From Malacoraja senta (taxonomy: Eukaryota): a stretch of 64,000 nucleotides of DNA. The stretch covers positions 8,310,001-8,374,000 of the forward strand of contig CM075992.1 of NCBI GenBank assembly GCA_038087875.1, read 5' to 3'. Positions 24,431 through 37,001 of this stretch are shown here, piece by piece; the stretch's first letter is position 1; every line of letters starts with the position of its first letter. The notes beneath the pieces were generated by a model that was not told where the DNA came from, did not search any database, and worked only from the letters and a program-made list of their open reading frames with translations. A program made the position numbers and the translations under genes.

Positions 24431-25775
24431 GAAGACTAGGTGCTGAAATTATCAACCAGATAGTCCGTGGCTACTTCGGTGAGCTGCTTGAGGGTGGGGT
24501 TGTTGGGGAATAGCAGAGGTCGGATAGCAGGCTGCACACATAGCACAGGAACTAAATAAAAGCAAAAGGATGGTTAGTGCATGATTGCAGTCTCCATTGG
24601 TTCAATAAACAACCTGCCCAGTTGAGGTGGTTGCTTTCGTGCTTTGTGCAGATGAGGACTTATGCAGATCAGTAACTGAGGGATGAGAACATGGAAACTG
24701 CATGACTGTGGGCGAAAAGTAAACTGCTGGAGGAACTCAGCGAGTCAGGCAGTATTGGCGCAATAGCCTGAAGTTGGGATTTTACTTCAGGCTGATGGAG
24801 TAGAGAGGAGATAGCTGGAAGAAATCGTTATGGGGAAGGAAAGGGGCACGAGCTGGCAAGTGATAGGTGGAGAGATGCCTTGTTTCTCTCTATCGCTCGT
24901 GGGCATTGCAGGACGATTGCCTTTGTTGACTATCCCTTACTGCCATTAGCAGCAGTGAGGAGCTGTTCACAATATTCTTGCAGTGAACTCTAATGTTGCC
25001 AAGAAATGACACAAAATGCTGGAGTATCTCAGCGGGTCAGGCAGCATCTCTGGAGATCATGGGTAGACACGGTTCCGATCAGAGCCCTTTTTCTGACTGG
25101 TCCCGACCTATAGAAGGGTTCTGACCCAAAACGACACCTCTCCTTGTTCTCCAGAGGTGCTGCCTGACCCGCTGAGTTACTTCAGCACTTTTTTTTCTAA
25201 AACGGCGTCCGCTGTCAGAACACACAAAAGGAGAATTATATTCCAAGCAAGGATGTAATGTGATTAGGAGTCCACCTTTCAGGCATTAGAGGGAGCAAAT
25301 AAAAGTCTGCCCTTGTCCTTCTAGAGGAGGTAAGTTAGCTGCCGCCCAGCTGACACATTGCTCATGCTGCAAGCATTTAATTGACTGCAGTGAAAATTCA
25401 GGCCTGTTGGTATTAACGCTGCTTTGTTCTGAGTGAGACGGGCATTCTCCATTCATCTGCACTTGTGGAGGTCAGCAGAGAGTATTCGTCAGTGTCTTTA
25501 GAGCTTTGAGGAATGTTTTTGTAAAGTCGAAGTGGATGCAGAGTCATCCCTGCACTTTCTCTTGCACCAACATTAATTAATTGCCAATCAACGTATTTCT
25601 CAGGAATGATGGTGGGTGAATGGGCAATATTTATAATGATACGATACGATATAACTTTATTAATCCCTGGAGGGAAATTGATCTGCCAACAGTCATAAAA
25701 ACACAAAACACATGAAAAATTTAAATTAAAGTGAGGAGTGAAAAGGCTTGGAGGATGTGTAAAGATTGGGGAGGG

Positions 25776-25975
25776 NNNNNNNNNNNNNNNNNNNNNNNNN
25801 NNNNNNNNNNNNNNNNNNNNNNNNNNNNNNNNNNNNNNNNNNNNNNNNNNNNNNNNNNNNNNNNNNNNNNNNNNNNNNNNNNNNNNNNNNNNNNNNNNNN
25901 NNNNNNNNNNNNNNNNNNNNNNNNNNNNNNNNNNNNNNNNNNNNNNNNNNNNNNNNNNNNNNNNNNNNNNNNNNN
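25776..25975. other. Assembly gap (200 N)
   Basis: Run of N. Confidence 1.
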
Positions 25976-26614
25976 TATTTTCAAGTCCAGATGCAGCCTC
26001 TGAGGCTCTGACCATCAGCCACGAACTGTTCAAAACACAACCTTTGTCTCAAGCAACAAAACAGTCAAAACTGTTGATTTGATTGCCTGTTACTGTTAGA
26101 CTGTGTTTAGTGTGTGCAGTGCACCTTTAATGGTCCTCCTGACCTAACAACTTCACATCACATCAACTTCAACATGAAATAGTGATGTGAATACAACATT
26201 TAGTTCGACTTCAAGTTCCATCATGAAAATTGTTATGACCGCTTTCAAACTAATCTATTTTACTGTCATACTATTATAACAAATTCTAGTTCCATGATGA
26301 CTCATAAACAAGATCACAAATCACATTTTGAATTCTCAAACATAATGTGATTGTGAATAATTGCAGAGCTGCCAGGTTTCACTGAGCATTTCTGTATTTT
26401 GATGGCTGAAAATTAGTTTTTTGTTGGGGAAATCGGTATTTCTCACATAAATGCAATAGAACGTACTACATAGAAACTGGATTTTTGAAAATCAGTATTT
26501 TGCATGCAACCTCATGTATTCTCAAATATTAGTATGGAATATTGAAAATCAGCACTACTGAATTGTGAAACCATTTTGAAATGTGAATTTATAATTCTTG
26601 ATTTTGATATAAAA

Positions 26615-27330
26615 ATACAATACAATACCGTTTATTGTCATTTGAACCTCAAATGAAGTTCAAACAAAATTTGGTTTCTGCAGTCATACAAACAAGTAAA
26701 AAGAACCAAGACACAACACAATTTACACAAACATCCATCACAGTGAATCTCCTCCTCACTGTGATCGAAGGCAAAGTCTTATCTCTCCCCTGCACTCCAC
26801 ATTCTCCTCCCGATGTCAAAGTCAAAACCCCCGGCGGGCGATGGTAAATATGTCCCGCGGCCATTAAAGCCGCGCCGGGCGATGCAAGGCCACGCTCCGG
26901 GTCTTGATGTTGGAGCCCCCGGCGGGCGCTAGCAAGTCCAGCGGCCATTTAAAGCCGCGCCGGGCGATGTATGACCCCGCTCCAGGTCATCCTCTACCCC
27001 GCAACTCGGGCGGGAGAAGTCGCCGTTGCGGGAGCCCCGAAAAGCGGTCTCCGCACCAGGGACCCGCGAGCTCCCGATGTTCCTGTCCACCAGACCTGCG
27101 GCTGGAGTCTCTGAATCTCCGGGGTCAGGTCGCAGCCGCGCGCCACCACAGCTCCTCCCGTTCCGAACTCGGCCAGCGAGATGGCGAGTAGTCCGCTGGC
27201 TTCGCGACTGGAGCCCCAGGTCGTTCCGTTGGAGGCCGCTCCACGGTGCTAGGCCCCAACGACAACGGAGACCCGACTGAGAAAGGTCTGGTCTCCCGTG
27301 CAGGGAAAAGATTTTAAAAGTTTCCCCCCC
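26615..27330 (-). repeat. GC-rich interspersed repeat with a short-tandem tail (probable non-autonomous retroelement); relatives at 36343-36710 and 41715-42035
   Basis: Shares ACATCCA(T/C)CACAGTGA...CACTGTGAT(C/G)GAAGG segments with the other copies; (TACAA)n or (CATAAT)n terminal repeats; internal duplication at about 26828-26970. Confidence 0.55.
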
Positions 27331-27684
27331 GTAACATAAATTTCACAATTCATCATATAGTTTACCAAACAATCAAACATACTGGCATGATGCTGCATCA
27401 TCATTCAGGTGCTCCTGGTAAATGTCACATAAAGGTGAGTAGCATGGTAAGTAGAATCACCCAGTGTTACCTTTGTTGAGCCACTGATTAGCATGACTGG
27501 AATGAGTTCTTAGTTCACTGTCACTCAGCATACTGGCATGATGCTGCAAAATCATTCAGGTGCTCCTGAATGTATATTGCCATTTACCACTACTTCTACT
27601 AATGCAAAGGCATTTGTTGACCTTAGCCTTTATGACATTCCTGGTTTCACGAATATAGCACCTCAGACCATTTTATCCAGCATG

Positions 27685-30660
27685 CAGGGCTCGAAATGAG
27701 AGATTGCCCGGTTGCCACTGACCACTCAAAGCGCCGCCGGGCAACCTAAACACCTAGTCATTTTGCCCGGCTAGGCAACCAGATACTGGTTTGTACCGAA
27801 GATAGACACAAAAAACTGGAGTAACTCCGCGGGTCAGGCAGCATCTCTGGAGAAAAGGAACGCGATGTTTTGTGTCGGCGGTGACGGCTGTATTGCGGGG
27901 CAAAGATACTAGGTGCGGGGTGAGGAAGGGTCGGAGCGAATGACGGGCTTCGCACAGCGGCAGCAGCGGCCGCGACAGCGGCTCCATCTCCTCCTCCTCC
28001 TCCCACACCCCGCCTGCCCTGATAAGGGCCTCTGCTTGTAAACCCGCTAACGGCGATAACCGCTTTCGAAACAAACCCTCCCGCACTCCGAGGCCGGAGG
28101 AGGGAGGGAGGGGGAGGCCTTAACTTTTTTTCCCTGTTGCCAGCCGGGCAACCATGGCAGCTTTTTAGGTTGCCAAATGACAGTTTAGGTGGTCATTTAA
28201 GATGGTTTGCATGACGCGTGCGATAATGTGCTCGGACGAAGTGCGTAGTTACCAGTCGGAATTATGCTCAATGAAGCATTCACATGTTATTTCTGCTTCA
28301 AATAAAGTCACAAACTAAACATATTCACCAATCAAGACATGATATATCCCACAATGACATGCAGCAAAATTATAAGACAGTATCTCAACTCTTTTTACAC
28401 ATTGCAATTAATGCAATTTCTATTAGTTCTTTCCACTTCCAAACTAAAATGTGGTTGGATTATTCAGTGTATGATCAACCTATGTCAATAAATCCTGGAC
28501 CATGGTAACATATATGCTTAACCATGCACACTACAGATTGATGCAAGCATGTTTTCTGTGAAGGACTGAAAATTACCATGACATGGCCATAGTATGGGTC
28601 GTTATTGCTATTGGTACAGAAACACTCTCGCTTCCCACATAATTTACCCACAACAAAATATACAGGTTGCAAGGAAATTTCTATAGGCATTTTATGATAA
28701 TAGCTGTTAAAACTGACTATACCCATCTGACATTACACTAACTGACAAGAGATGGCGAAAGTACATAACTGCAGCAAATGTTCTTTTGGTAATATGTTTA
28801 AAGGTGTCAAAACACCACATTACCGGACATTCAGATTAGATGTACGTGTTGTGAACAGCAATGAAGATACCCAGTTTGTAAACACCATATTTAATTTTTT
28901 TTATTGATAAACGCTTGTTTCCATCATTCCCACTTCAGAATTAACGTTAAAATTTCAACTGAAATATCTCCTGACCAAATTTGTGATGTATATGATCGAC
29001 TGTAGAAGTAAAACCTGGATAAATCCAACGTATAGTTGTGAATGTTGCTCATTAAATAACTACGTTACTGATACTCCATATTAAGAGCATTGATTTGCAG
29101 TAAAAATGAATTCTGTAATAACGTGTCAACGGTAGCAGTGACAATCGAACACTGCGGTTTTAATGTTTCACGTGTTCACAATTTAATTAATCCATCTTTA
29201 TGGACTAAAACAAATAATAACATTGGGAATTAAAACACATTTGATTGCATTCCGTTATCAAACATAGTCAATGTTCGCTCTGAAGACGTTTCCAGCACAA
29301 TAGGGTCAGGGAGGGGGGTGTGTGTGAATCAGTGCGGGGTGGATAGATGGCAGGGGGTGGGGGGGGGGGGGTTTAGAAGGCAGTCAGTGCGGAATGGATG
29401 GATTGAGGCAGGTGAATTAGTACGTGTTGGTTGGAGTAGGTAAAATTGTGAGGGGAGAGTACGGGGGATGTCAGTGGTGTTGAATGGGGGGGGTTCAGTA
29501 CGGGATGGATGGGGGTAGACAAAAGTACTGGAGAAACTCAGCGGGTGAGGCAGCATCTATGGAGCGAAGGAAATAGGCAACGTTTCAGGTCGAGACCCTT
29601 CTTCAGACTGTTCCCCCCATTCTTCTTGAATGGGAGCATCAGTACAGGATGGATGGGGGTGGGGGGGGGAGATGAGCGCAGGATGAATGGGGTGGGTAGA
29701 TCAGTACAGTGTGGATCGGAGGGTCTGTGCAGGATGAATGGGTGATCACTACAGGATGAATGAGGGGATGGTGCAGGGTAAATGGAGGGTGGGTCAGTAC
29801 GGGATGAATGCGTGGATCAGTACAGGATGGATGGATGGGGGATTGGTACAGGATGGATGGGGGATCAGTACAGGATGGATGGAGGAGAAGTGCAGGATGG
29901 ATGGGAAGGGGGGTAAGTACAGGATGAATTGGGGGACCAGTGTAGGATGGATGGGGGGGTGGCAGGAGAATCAATGTGAGGTGGATAGGGTGATCAGCGC
30001 AGGATGAATAGATGGGGGGGGTGTAGATGGGGAGGGGAGCACAGGGGATGTCAGTTACGACTGAATAGAGGGCAGAATGGGGATCAGTGCGGGATGGAGA
30101 GGAGGGGTCCCAGGATAAGGGGGGGATGGAGGGGGGCGTACAAGAGAGAGAGAGAGAGAGAGGGGGGGGCGAGGTGGGGAGGAAGGAAGGTCAGCGCTCC
30201 TCGGACAACGCCTTGGCCGTCCCTATCCATCGCCAAAGGGGGAGGCGGTTGGGATCTCCTCGCCACCGCCTCCCCTCCTCCGCCAGCCAACAGCAAGGTG
30301 CAGGGCCGAGCGGTGCAGCTCAAAGATCCTATAGCTATAGGATCTTTGGTGCAGCTGCTTCAGAAGGGTCGGAGCGAATGACGGGCCCCGCATAGCGACA
30401 GCGGCTCAATCACCTCCTCCTCCTCCCTGATAGCGGCCGCTGCTTGCAAATCCGCTAACAGCGCTTTCAAAACAAACCCTCCCGCACGCCGAGGCCTCCC
30501 CCTCCCTCCCTCCTCCCGGCCTCGGTGTGCGGGAGGGTTTGTTTTGAAACTGCCGTTAGCGGATTTGCAAGCAGCGGCCGCTATCAGGGGGGAGGAGGAG
30601 ATGGAGCGCCTGTCGCGGCCACTGCTGCCGCTGTACAGGGCCTGTCATTCGATCTGACCC
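27685..30660. mobile_element. Rearranged non-autonomous hAT-like element, copy 1
   Basis: CAGGGCTC terminus at 27685 and subterminal GTTGCC/GGCAAC repeats. 28119-30367 is colinear with 31234-33196. Confidence 0.7.
30321..30348. mobile_element. 28-bp TIR-only hAT MITE remnant
   Basis: Perfect palindrome CAAAGATCCTATAGCTATAGGATCTTTG flanked by a GTGCAGCT direct repeat (30313-30320 and 30349-30356). Confidence 0.85.
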
Positions 30661-31222
30661 AGTGAAAGGCCTGTCCCACGGGTGACATTTTCGTCAAAAG
30701 CCTGAAAAGAGGTCGTCGCGTCGTGGTCAGGTTGTGACGCGGCCTGACGCGCGGTGACTCCCTGTCACATGGATTTTGGAATGTTCAAAATCCAGGGGCG
30801 ACATCTGGGTGTCTCATCATGTCATGCGCCCTGTCACACGCTGACGTATGCTGTCCTGCGGGTGACGACCGGTAACGGTTAGTGTTGGGGTTAGGAACCA
30901 CAGATGGGCTGTAAAATATTCTTCCCTCAATGCATGGATTTTAAACATTAATATATTAAAATTAATACAATAAAATCAAATGTGCAAATGAAAAGATGTC
31001 TGTCCAGTTTTATTTACAGATGTATTGGTCCGCTTCCAGATCCAATCACCATCTCTAACCTTTCACAGGGATGGATTCAGTGAGTGTAGACTGAAATCCC
31101 CTCTCCCCCCCACTTCCCTCCACCCGCCCCAATCCCTCCTTCTCCACTCCCCCCCCCCTACCCTTCTCCTCCCCCCTTCTTCCCTTTCTCCCGCTCCACT
31201 CTTTTCCCCCATCTCCACTCCC

Positions 31223-33285
31223 CAGGGCTCTCACTTAACTTTTTTTCCCTGTTGCCAGCCAGGCAACCTAGGCAGCTTTTTAGGTTGTCAAATGACAGTT
31301 TAGGTGGTCATTTAAGACGGCTTGCATGACGCGTTCAATAATGTGCTCGGACGAAGTGTGTGGTTACCAGTCGGAATTATGCTCAATGAAGCAGTCACAT
31401 ATTATTTCTGCTTCAAATAGTCACAAACTAAACATATTCACCAATCAAGACATGATATATACCACAATGACATGCAGTGAAATTATCTCAGCTTGTTTTA
31501 CACGTGGCAATGAATGCAATTTCTATTATTTCTTTCCACTTCCAAACAAAAATGTGGTTGTATTATTCAGCGTATGATCAACCTGTGTCAATAAATCCTG
31601 GACCATGGTAACATATATGCTTAACCATGCACACTACAGATGGATGCAAGCATGTTTTCTGTGAAGGACCGAAAATTATCATGACATGGCCATAGCATGC
31701 GTCGTTATTGCTTTTGGTACATAAACACTCTCGCTTCCCACATAATTTATCCACAACAAAATATACAGGTTGCAAGGAAATTTCTAAAGGCATTTTATGA
31801 TAATAACTGTTAAAACCAACTATACCCATCTGACAGGTTCAACATTACACTAACTGACAAGAGATGGCCAAAGGACCTCAAATGCAGCAAATGTTGTTTT
31901 GGCAATATGTTTAAAGGTGTCAACACCACATTACCGGACATTCAGATTAGATGAATGTGTTGTGAACAGTAATGAAGATACCCTGTTTCTATTGATACAA
32001 CGCTGTTTCCATCATTCCCACCCGAATTATCGTTAAAATTACAATTGAAATATCTCCTGACCAAATTCGTGATGTATATGACCGACTGCAGAAGTAAAAC
32101 CTGGATAAATCCAACGTTTAGTTGTGAATGTTGCTCAATAAATAACTACAGTACTGATACTCCATATTAAGAGCATTGATTTGCCTTTAAAATGAATTCT
32201 GTAATAACGTGTCAGCGGTAGCAGTGACAATCGAACACTGCGGTTTTAATGTTTCACATGTTCACAATTTAATTAATCCATTTTTATGGATTAAAACAGA
32301 TAATAACATTGGGAATTAAAACACATTTGACAGCATTCCCTGATCAAACATTGTCAATGTACGCTCTGAAGACATTTCCAGCACAGTAGAGTCGGGGGGG
32401 GGGGGGGGGAGTGGGTGAATCAGTGCGGGGTGGATAGATGCCGGGGGGGGGGGGGGGGGGAGGTTGAGAAAGCAATCGGTGCGGAATGCATGGATTGAGG
32501 CAGGGGAATTAGTGTGTTGGTTGGAGTAGGAAATATTGTGAGGGGAGAGCGCGGGGGATGTCAGTGGGGTAGTACGGGATTGATGGGGGGAATCAGTACA
32601 GGATGAATGGGGGGTTCACTACTGGATGAATGGGGGGTTCACTACAGGATGAATGGGGGTGGGTCAGTACAGTGTGGATTGTGGGTTCTGTGCAGGATGG
32701 TTGGAAGGATCAGTACAGGATGAATGGGGGCGCAGTGCAGGATGGATGGGAAGGGGGTCAGTACAGGATGAATTGGGGGACCAGTGTAGGAAGAATGGGG
32801 GGTGTGGCAGGAGAATCAATGCGAGGTGGATAGGGAGATCAATGCAGGATGAATAGATGCGGGGGGGGGGGTGGTAGATGGGGAGGGGAGCACAGGGGAT
32901 GTCAGTGAGGACTGAATAGAGGGGGGAATGGGGATCAGTGTGGGGTGGAGAGGAGGGGTCCCAGGATAAGGGGGATGGATGGGGGCGTACAAGAGAGAGA
33001 GAGAGAGAGGGGAAGGGGCAGAGGTGGTGAGGAAGGAAGGTCTGCGCTCCTCGAACACCGGCATCATCGCCCCGTAGCCTTGGCCGTCCCTGTCCACCGC
33101 CAAAGGGGGAGGTAGTTGGGATCTCCTCGCCACCGTCTCCCCTCCTCCGCCAGCCAACAGGAAGGTGCGGGGCCGAGCGGTGCAGGTGCTTCAGACGGCG
33201 GAAGGGGCCTCCCCCTTCTTTACTCCCTCCGTCCTTCCAGCCTCGGCGTGCGGGAGGGTTTGTTTTGAAAGCGGTTATCGACGTT
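31223..33285 (+). mobile_element. Non-autonomous hAT-like element, copy 2
   Basis: Starts CAGGGCTCTCACTTAAC; about 2 kb of direct homology to 28119-30367, including the G-rich minisatellite. Confidence 0.7.
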
Positions 33286-33929
33286 GCATGGCCGTCTTCT
33301 CCCATTCTCCAACCCCCCCCTTTCCCCGACGCCCCCCATTTGTGGACCCAGCCTGTGGCAGCTAGATCCCACTAATAGTACTGCACAAAGGCCACATCAT
33401 CTGTTTTTTTTTAGTAAAATTGATTATGGCATAAATGCAGACCCAGGGAACAACATCCCCACCTCCGCCTTGCTTCAAAATGGGTGGTGGGAATTTACAC
33501 TCAGTGGCCAGAGCAGGTGGATGGCATTGCGCCTTTGCAGCGCGTATAAATTGACCACATTGCCTGTACCCAGTTGAAAAGCCCGCTGCCTCTGGGGGTT
33601 TGGAGTGACCACTGGAAGAGAGATCTGCCTCTGGGACAACTCGTGGCCAACAGTTTAGTTCCCATGAGGACATTAGGGGTTCGAGACCAACCCTGGGGCC
33701 CCTGTGTCACATTTAGTTCAGAGATACAGTGCCCTTCGGCCCACCGAGTCCGCACCGACCAGCGATCCCCCGCACACTATCCCACACACGCTAGGGATAA
33801 TTTACACTTATACGAAGCCTATCAAACTCGAGTTAGGGTTAGGGTTTACTCCCGCGCTGCAAAGGCGCACAGGTTTGTATAAATTGACCCTAGCGTGTGT
33901 GGGATAGTATGCGGGGGATCGCTGGTCGC

Positions 33930-34480
33930 AGGCTTGGGCCCCGGTGGGTGGGTGGGTGGGGGAGTTGGGTATGGAAGCGAGGGCCCGCGGCGGAGGGTGG
34001 GAAAGGTGTGGGCCCGGCGGGGGGGTGGGAAAGGCGAGGGACCGGGGTGGGGTGGGGGTTGCGAGGGCCCGGCGGGGAGTGGGAAAGGCGAGGGTGGGGG
34101 GCAAGGGACCGGCGGAGGGGGGGTGGCGTGGAACCGGCCGGAGCGGCGCCTGGTGTCGGATCACGGCCGCTGCCAGGACTGGGTTCAGAGTCAATCGTTC
34201 CCGCTTCCCACCCGGCGACGGGAGAACCACGGTCTCCCCGGACCGACCGCCGGCAGCGGACGGGACCCGCTCCGACGCCGCGGATGGAGCCGATGGACCG
34301 GGCGGGCAGACACCGCAGACCCCCCCCCCCACACGCAATATTTCACGGTCCCACTCACCCGAACTAGGCCCGCGGCGTCGAGGCGATGCATTTAAAATGG
34401 CGGCGATGTGATCCCGCCCACTGCGCACGCGCGGAGAGACGCCGCCATTCTGCATCGTTGGTCACCCGCCTGCCGGAACC
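33930..34480 (-). promoter_or_regulatory. CpG-island housekeeping-type promoter with a putative first exon ending at 34359
   Basis: YY1-like AAAATGGCGGC (34394-34404) and inverted GCCGCCATTC (34441-34450), GC box (34413-34420), NRF1-like TGCGCACGCGC (34422-34432), ETS CCGGAA (34473-34478). Minus-strand donor CGG|GTGAGT at 34358. Confidence 0.65.
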
Positions 34481-35067
34481 AGAATTTCGGCTCCAATTTT
34501 TTTTTTCCTCTGAATTTTTTTCCCTCTGGAAAAAGGGAGGGAGGGGGGGTGGGTGCGAACGCACCCAACGCATCCCCCCCACCCCCACCACTTCGGACGG
34601 CCATGAGGCAGATACGGTAGGGATGTTTAAGAGACTTTTGGATAGGCGCATGGATATGGCGTGAATGGAATTATGTGCAGGCCGATAAGAGTTGGTCTTG
34701 GCATCATTTGTTCCAGTGCTGTGCAGTTCGAAGTTTTATGTTCTCTACTCTGGCCGCAGGGAGAAGGTGCAAACTCCACACAGTCAGCACATGAGCTCAG
34801 GATCGAACCTGTGTCTCTGGTGCTGTATGTGGTGGCAGCAGCTGTGCCGCCCCTCCTGTCTTTTCCCTGGACATCAGTCTCCTATCTCTCTGTTACCAGC
34901 CTCTCCTCATAGATCATGAGGCCTCACCGCCGCCTATGCCGAGGCTCCCACTGCGGCCGCCGAGACTCCCACTGCGACCACCGAGGCTCCTGCTGCCGCC
35001 GGCAAGGCTCCCATCTCCGCCGCTGTTGATGGACACATAAAGCTGGAGTAACTCAGCGGGACAGACA

Positions 35068-35480
35068 GGAGTAGGCCATTCGCCCCTTCGATCCAGCACC
35101 GCCATTCAATATGATCATGGCTGATCATCCAAAATCAGTACCCCGTTCCTGCTTTCTCCCCATATCCCTTGATTCCATTAGCCCTAGAGAGTTGTATCTA
35201 ACACTCTCTTGAAAACATCCAATGAATTGGCCTCCACTGCCTTCTGGGGCAGATACTCCCACAGATTCACAACTCTCATTTTTCCTCATCTCAGTCCTAA
35301 ACCGTCTACCCCTTATTCTTAAACTGTGACCCCTGGTTCTGGACTCCCCCAACATCGGGAACATGTTTCCTGCATCCAGCCTGTCCAATCCATTAAGACT
35401 TGTATATGTTTCTACAAGATCCCCTCTCATCTTTCCAAATTCCAGCGACTATAAGCCCAGTCGACCCATTCTCTCGCATA
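35068..35480 (-). mobile_element. CR1 3' fragment
   Basis: MRGDLVETY...GHSLRIRG plus 3' UTR. Confidence 0.85.
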
Positions 35481-35763
35481 AGTGTATTTAGGTAGTTTCA
35501 ATAGTACTTTGGCATTTGGCTTGGTTATCTTGGTTGAGCGTTTATCCTGCTGTTATAGCACAAGTACTTATGGTCACGTGTGCTGAGGTACAGAAAAAAA
35601 TGTTTGTTTACATGCAATACAGTCAGAGAAAAGACTGTACATGACTACAATCAAGCTGAACACGTTACAGATAAAGGATAAAGGGGACAATATTCTGTGC
35701 AAACAAATAACATTGAGGTCCAAAATCAACCAATTCATGTACTACAAATTTGTCAATGGTAAC

Positions 35764-36060
35764 CAGTGGCGCAGCGGTAGAGTTGCTGCCTCACAGCGCC
35801 AGAGACACAGGTTCGATCCTGTCGGGTGCTGTCTGTATGGAGTTTGTACCTTCTCCCTGTGACCTGTGTGGATATTCACCGGGTGCTCTGGTTTCCTCCC
35901 ACATTCCAAAGACGTGCAGGTTTGTAGGTAAATTGGTTTTGGTAGAATTGTACATTGTAAATTGTCCCTCGTGTGTGTAGGATAGTGTTAGTGTGTGGGG
36001 ATCGCTGGTCTGCGTGGACTCAGGGGGCCGATGGGCCTGTTTCTGCGTTGTATCTCTGCA
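35764..36060 (+). mobile_element. HE1-like V-SINE
   Basis: Matches the SINE consensus. Confidence 0.85.
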
Positions 36061-37001
36061 GTCTGAAGTCATACAACATTGAAGTCCGGTAAATGTCGAA
36101 TCAATCAATTGATGTAATGCAAACTTCTTTGAAGATAATAATGCTTTCGTGAAGACACACTGTGTTTTGTTCTGTCGTGCTTGTGAGGTGTAACATTTGT
36201 CGGGGTTTGAGTAAGAACAGCCCTGTTGTGGAGACCATTCTGCTCACATTAGACAGCCTGCTCCCAGTATCTGAACCAAAGCAGCTAAATGTACTGCACT
36301 GTCGGTGTGTACATCACTTTGTGATCAACATCATCCAGCTTAATCATAATCATAATCATACTTTATTAGCCAACTATGTTTTGCAACATACGAGGAATTT
36401 GATTTGCCATACAGTCATACCAATAAAAAGCAACCAAACACACAAAATACATTTTAACATAAACATCCACAACAGTGACTCCTCCACATTCTTCACTGTG
36501 ATGGAAGGTGAAAATAAGTTGAATCTCTTCCCTTCTTTGTTCTAACGCGGTCGGGGGCATTGAACCTTCCATTGACGGGACGATCTTGGCTCCCACAGCC
36601 AGCGGTCAGGCCCTCCGCGTCGGGGCGATCAAGCTCCCGCATCGGGGGGGATCTTGGCTCCCCTGCGCCGGGCGATCGGACCCCGGGTCGGGGCTAGTCG
36701 AACCTGCACTTCGTATTGATCTGATTCCGATTCAAAACCGCAAAGAGGTAATATGAACAGATGCACTATCTTGCATCTGACCATGGAAGCAGCGAGCTAA
36801 TGCATTCAGACTCTTTTGTAGCAACTCCAAAGGTTAATTTGGTGTGAGTCCAGATAGTGCTTCAGATTACAGACATCAGCAAAACAGATCTTAACATGGA
36901 ACAAGATGCTGTTTCAGCATGTTGAGCAGAGAATCTAGAACCTGGAACTTGCCCAAGCCCACAATGCACGTGTGCCAAAAATGATGCCAGGACCAACTGC
37001 T

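Noticed and set aside
25413..26082. ORFs spanning the N run
   Set aside because: Artefacts of the assembly gap.
27378..27568. CRISPR-like repeat-spacer arrangement
   Set aside because: Only two repeats, a 111-bp spacer, vertebrate context and no cas genes.
28475..28726. Similar ORFs at 28475-28726 and 31578-31829 suggesting a duplicated small gene
   Set aside because: Both lie inside the duplicated transposon-like element; similarity is DNA-level and no domain is evident.
33808..34455. 215-aa and other overlapping ORFs in the second CpG island
   Set aside because: GC-driven open frames on both strands that run through a splice donor and into a SINE.
34925..35022. 21-bp tandem repeat encoding GSLGGRS-like repeats
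   Set aside because: Short minisatellite beside repeat fragments; no splice or start context.
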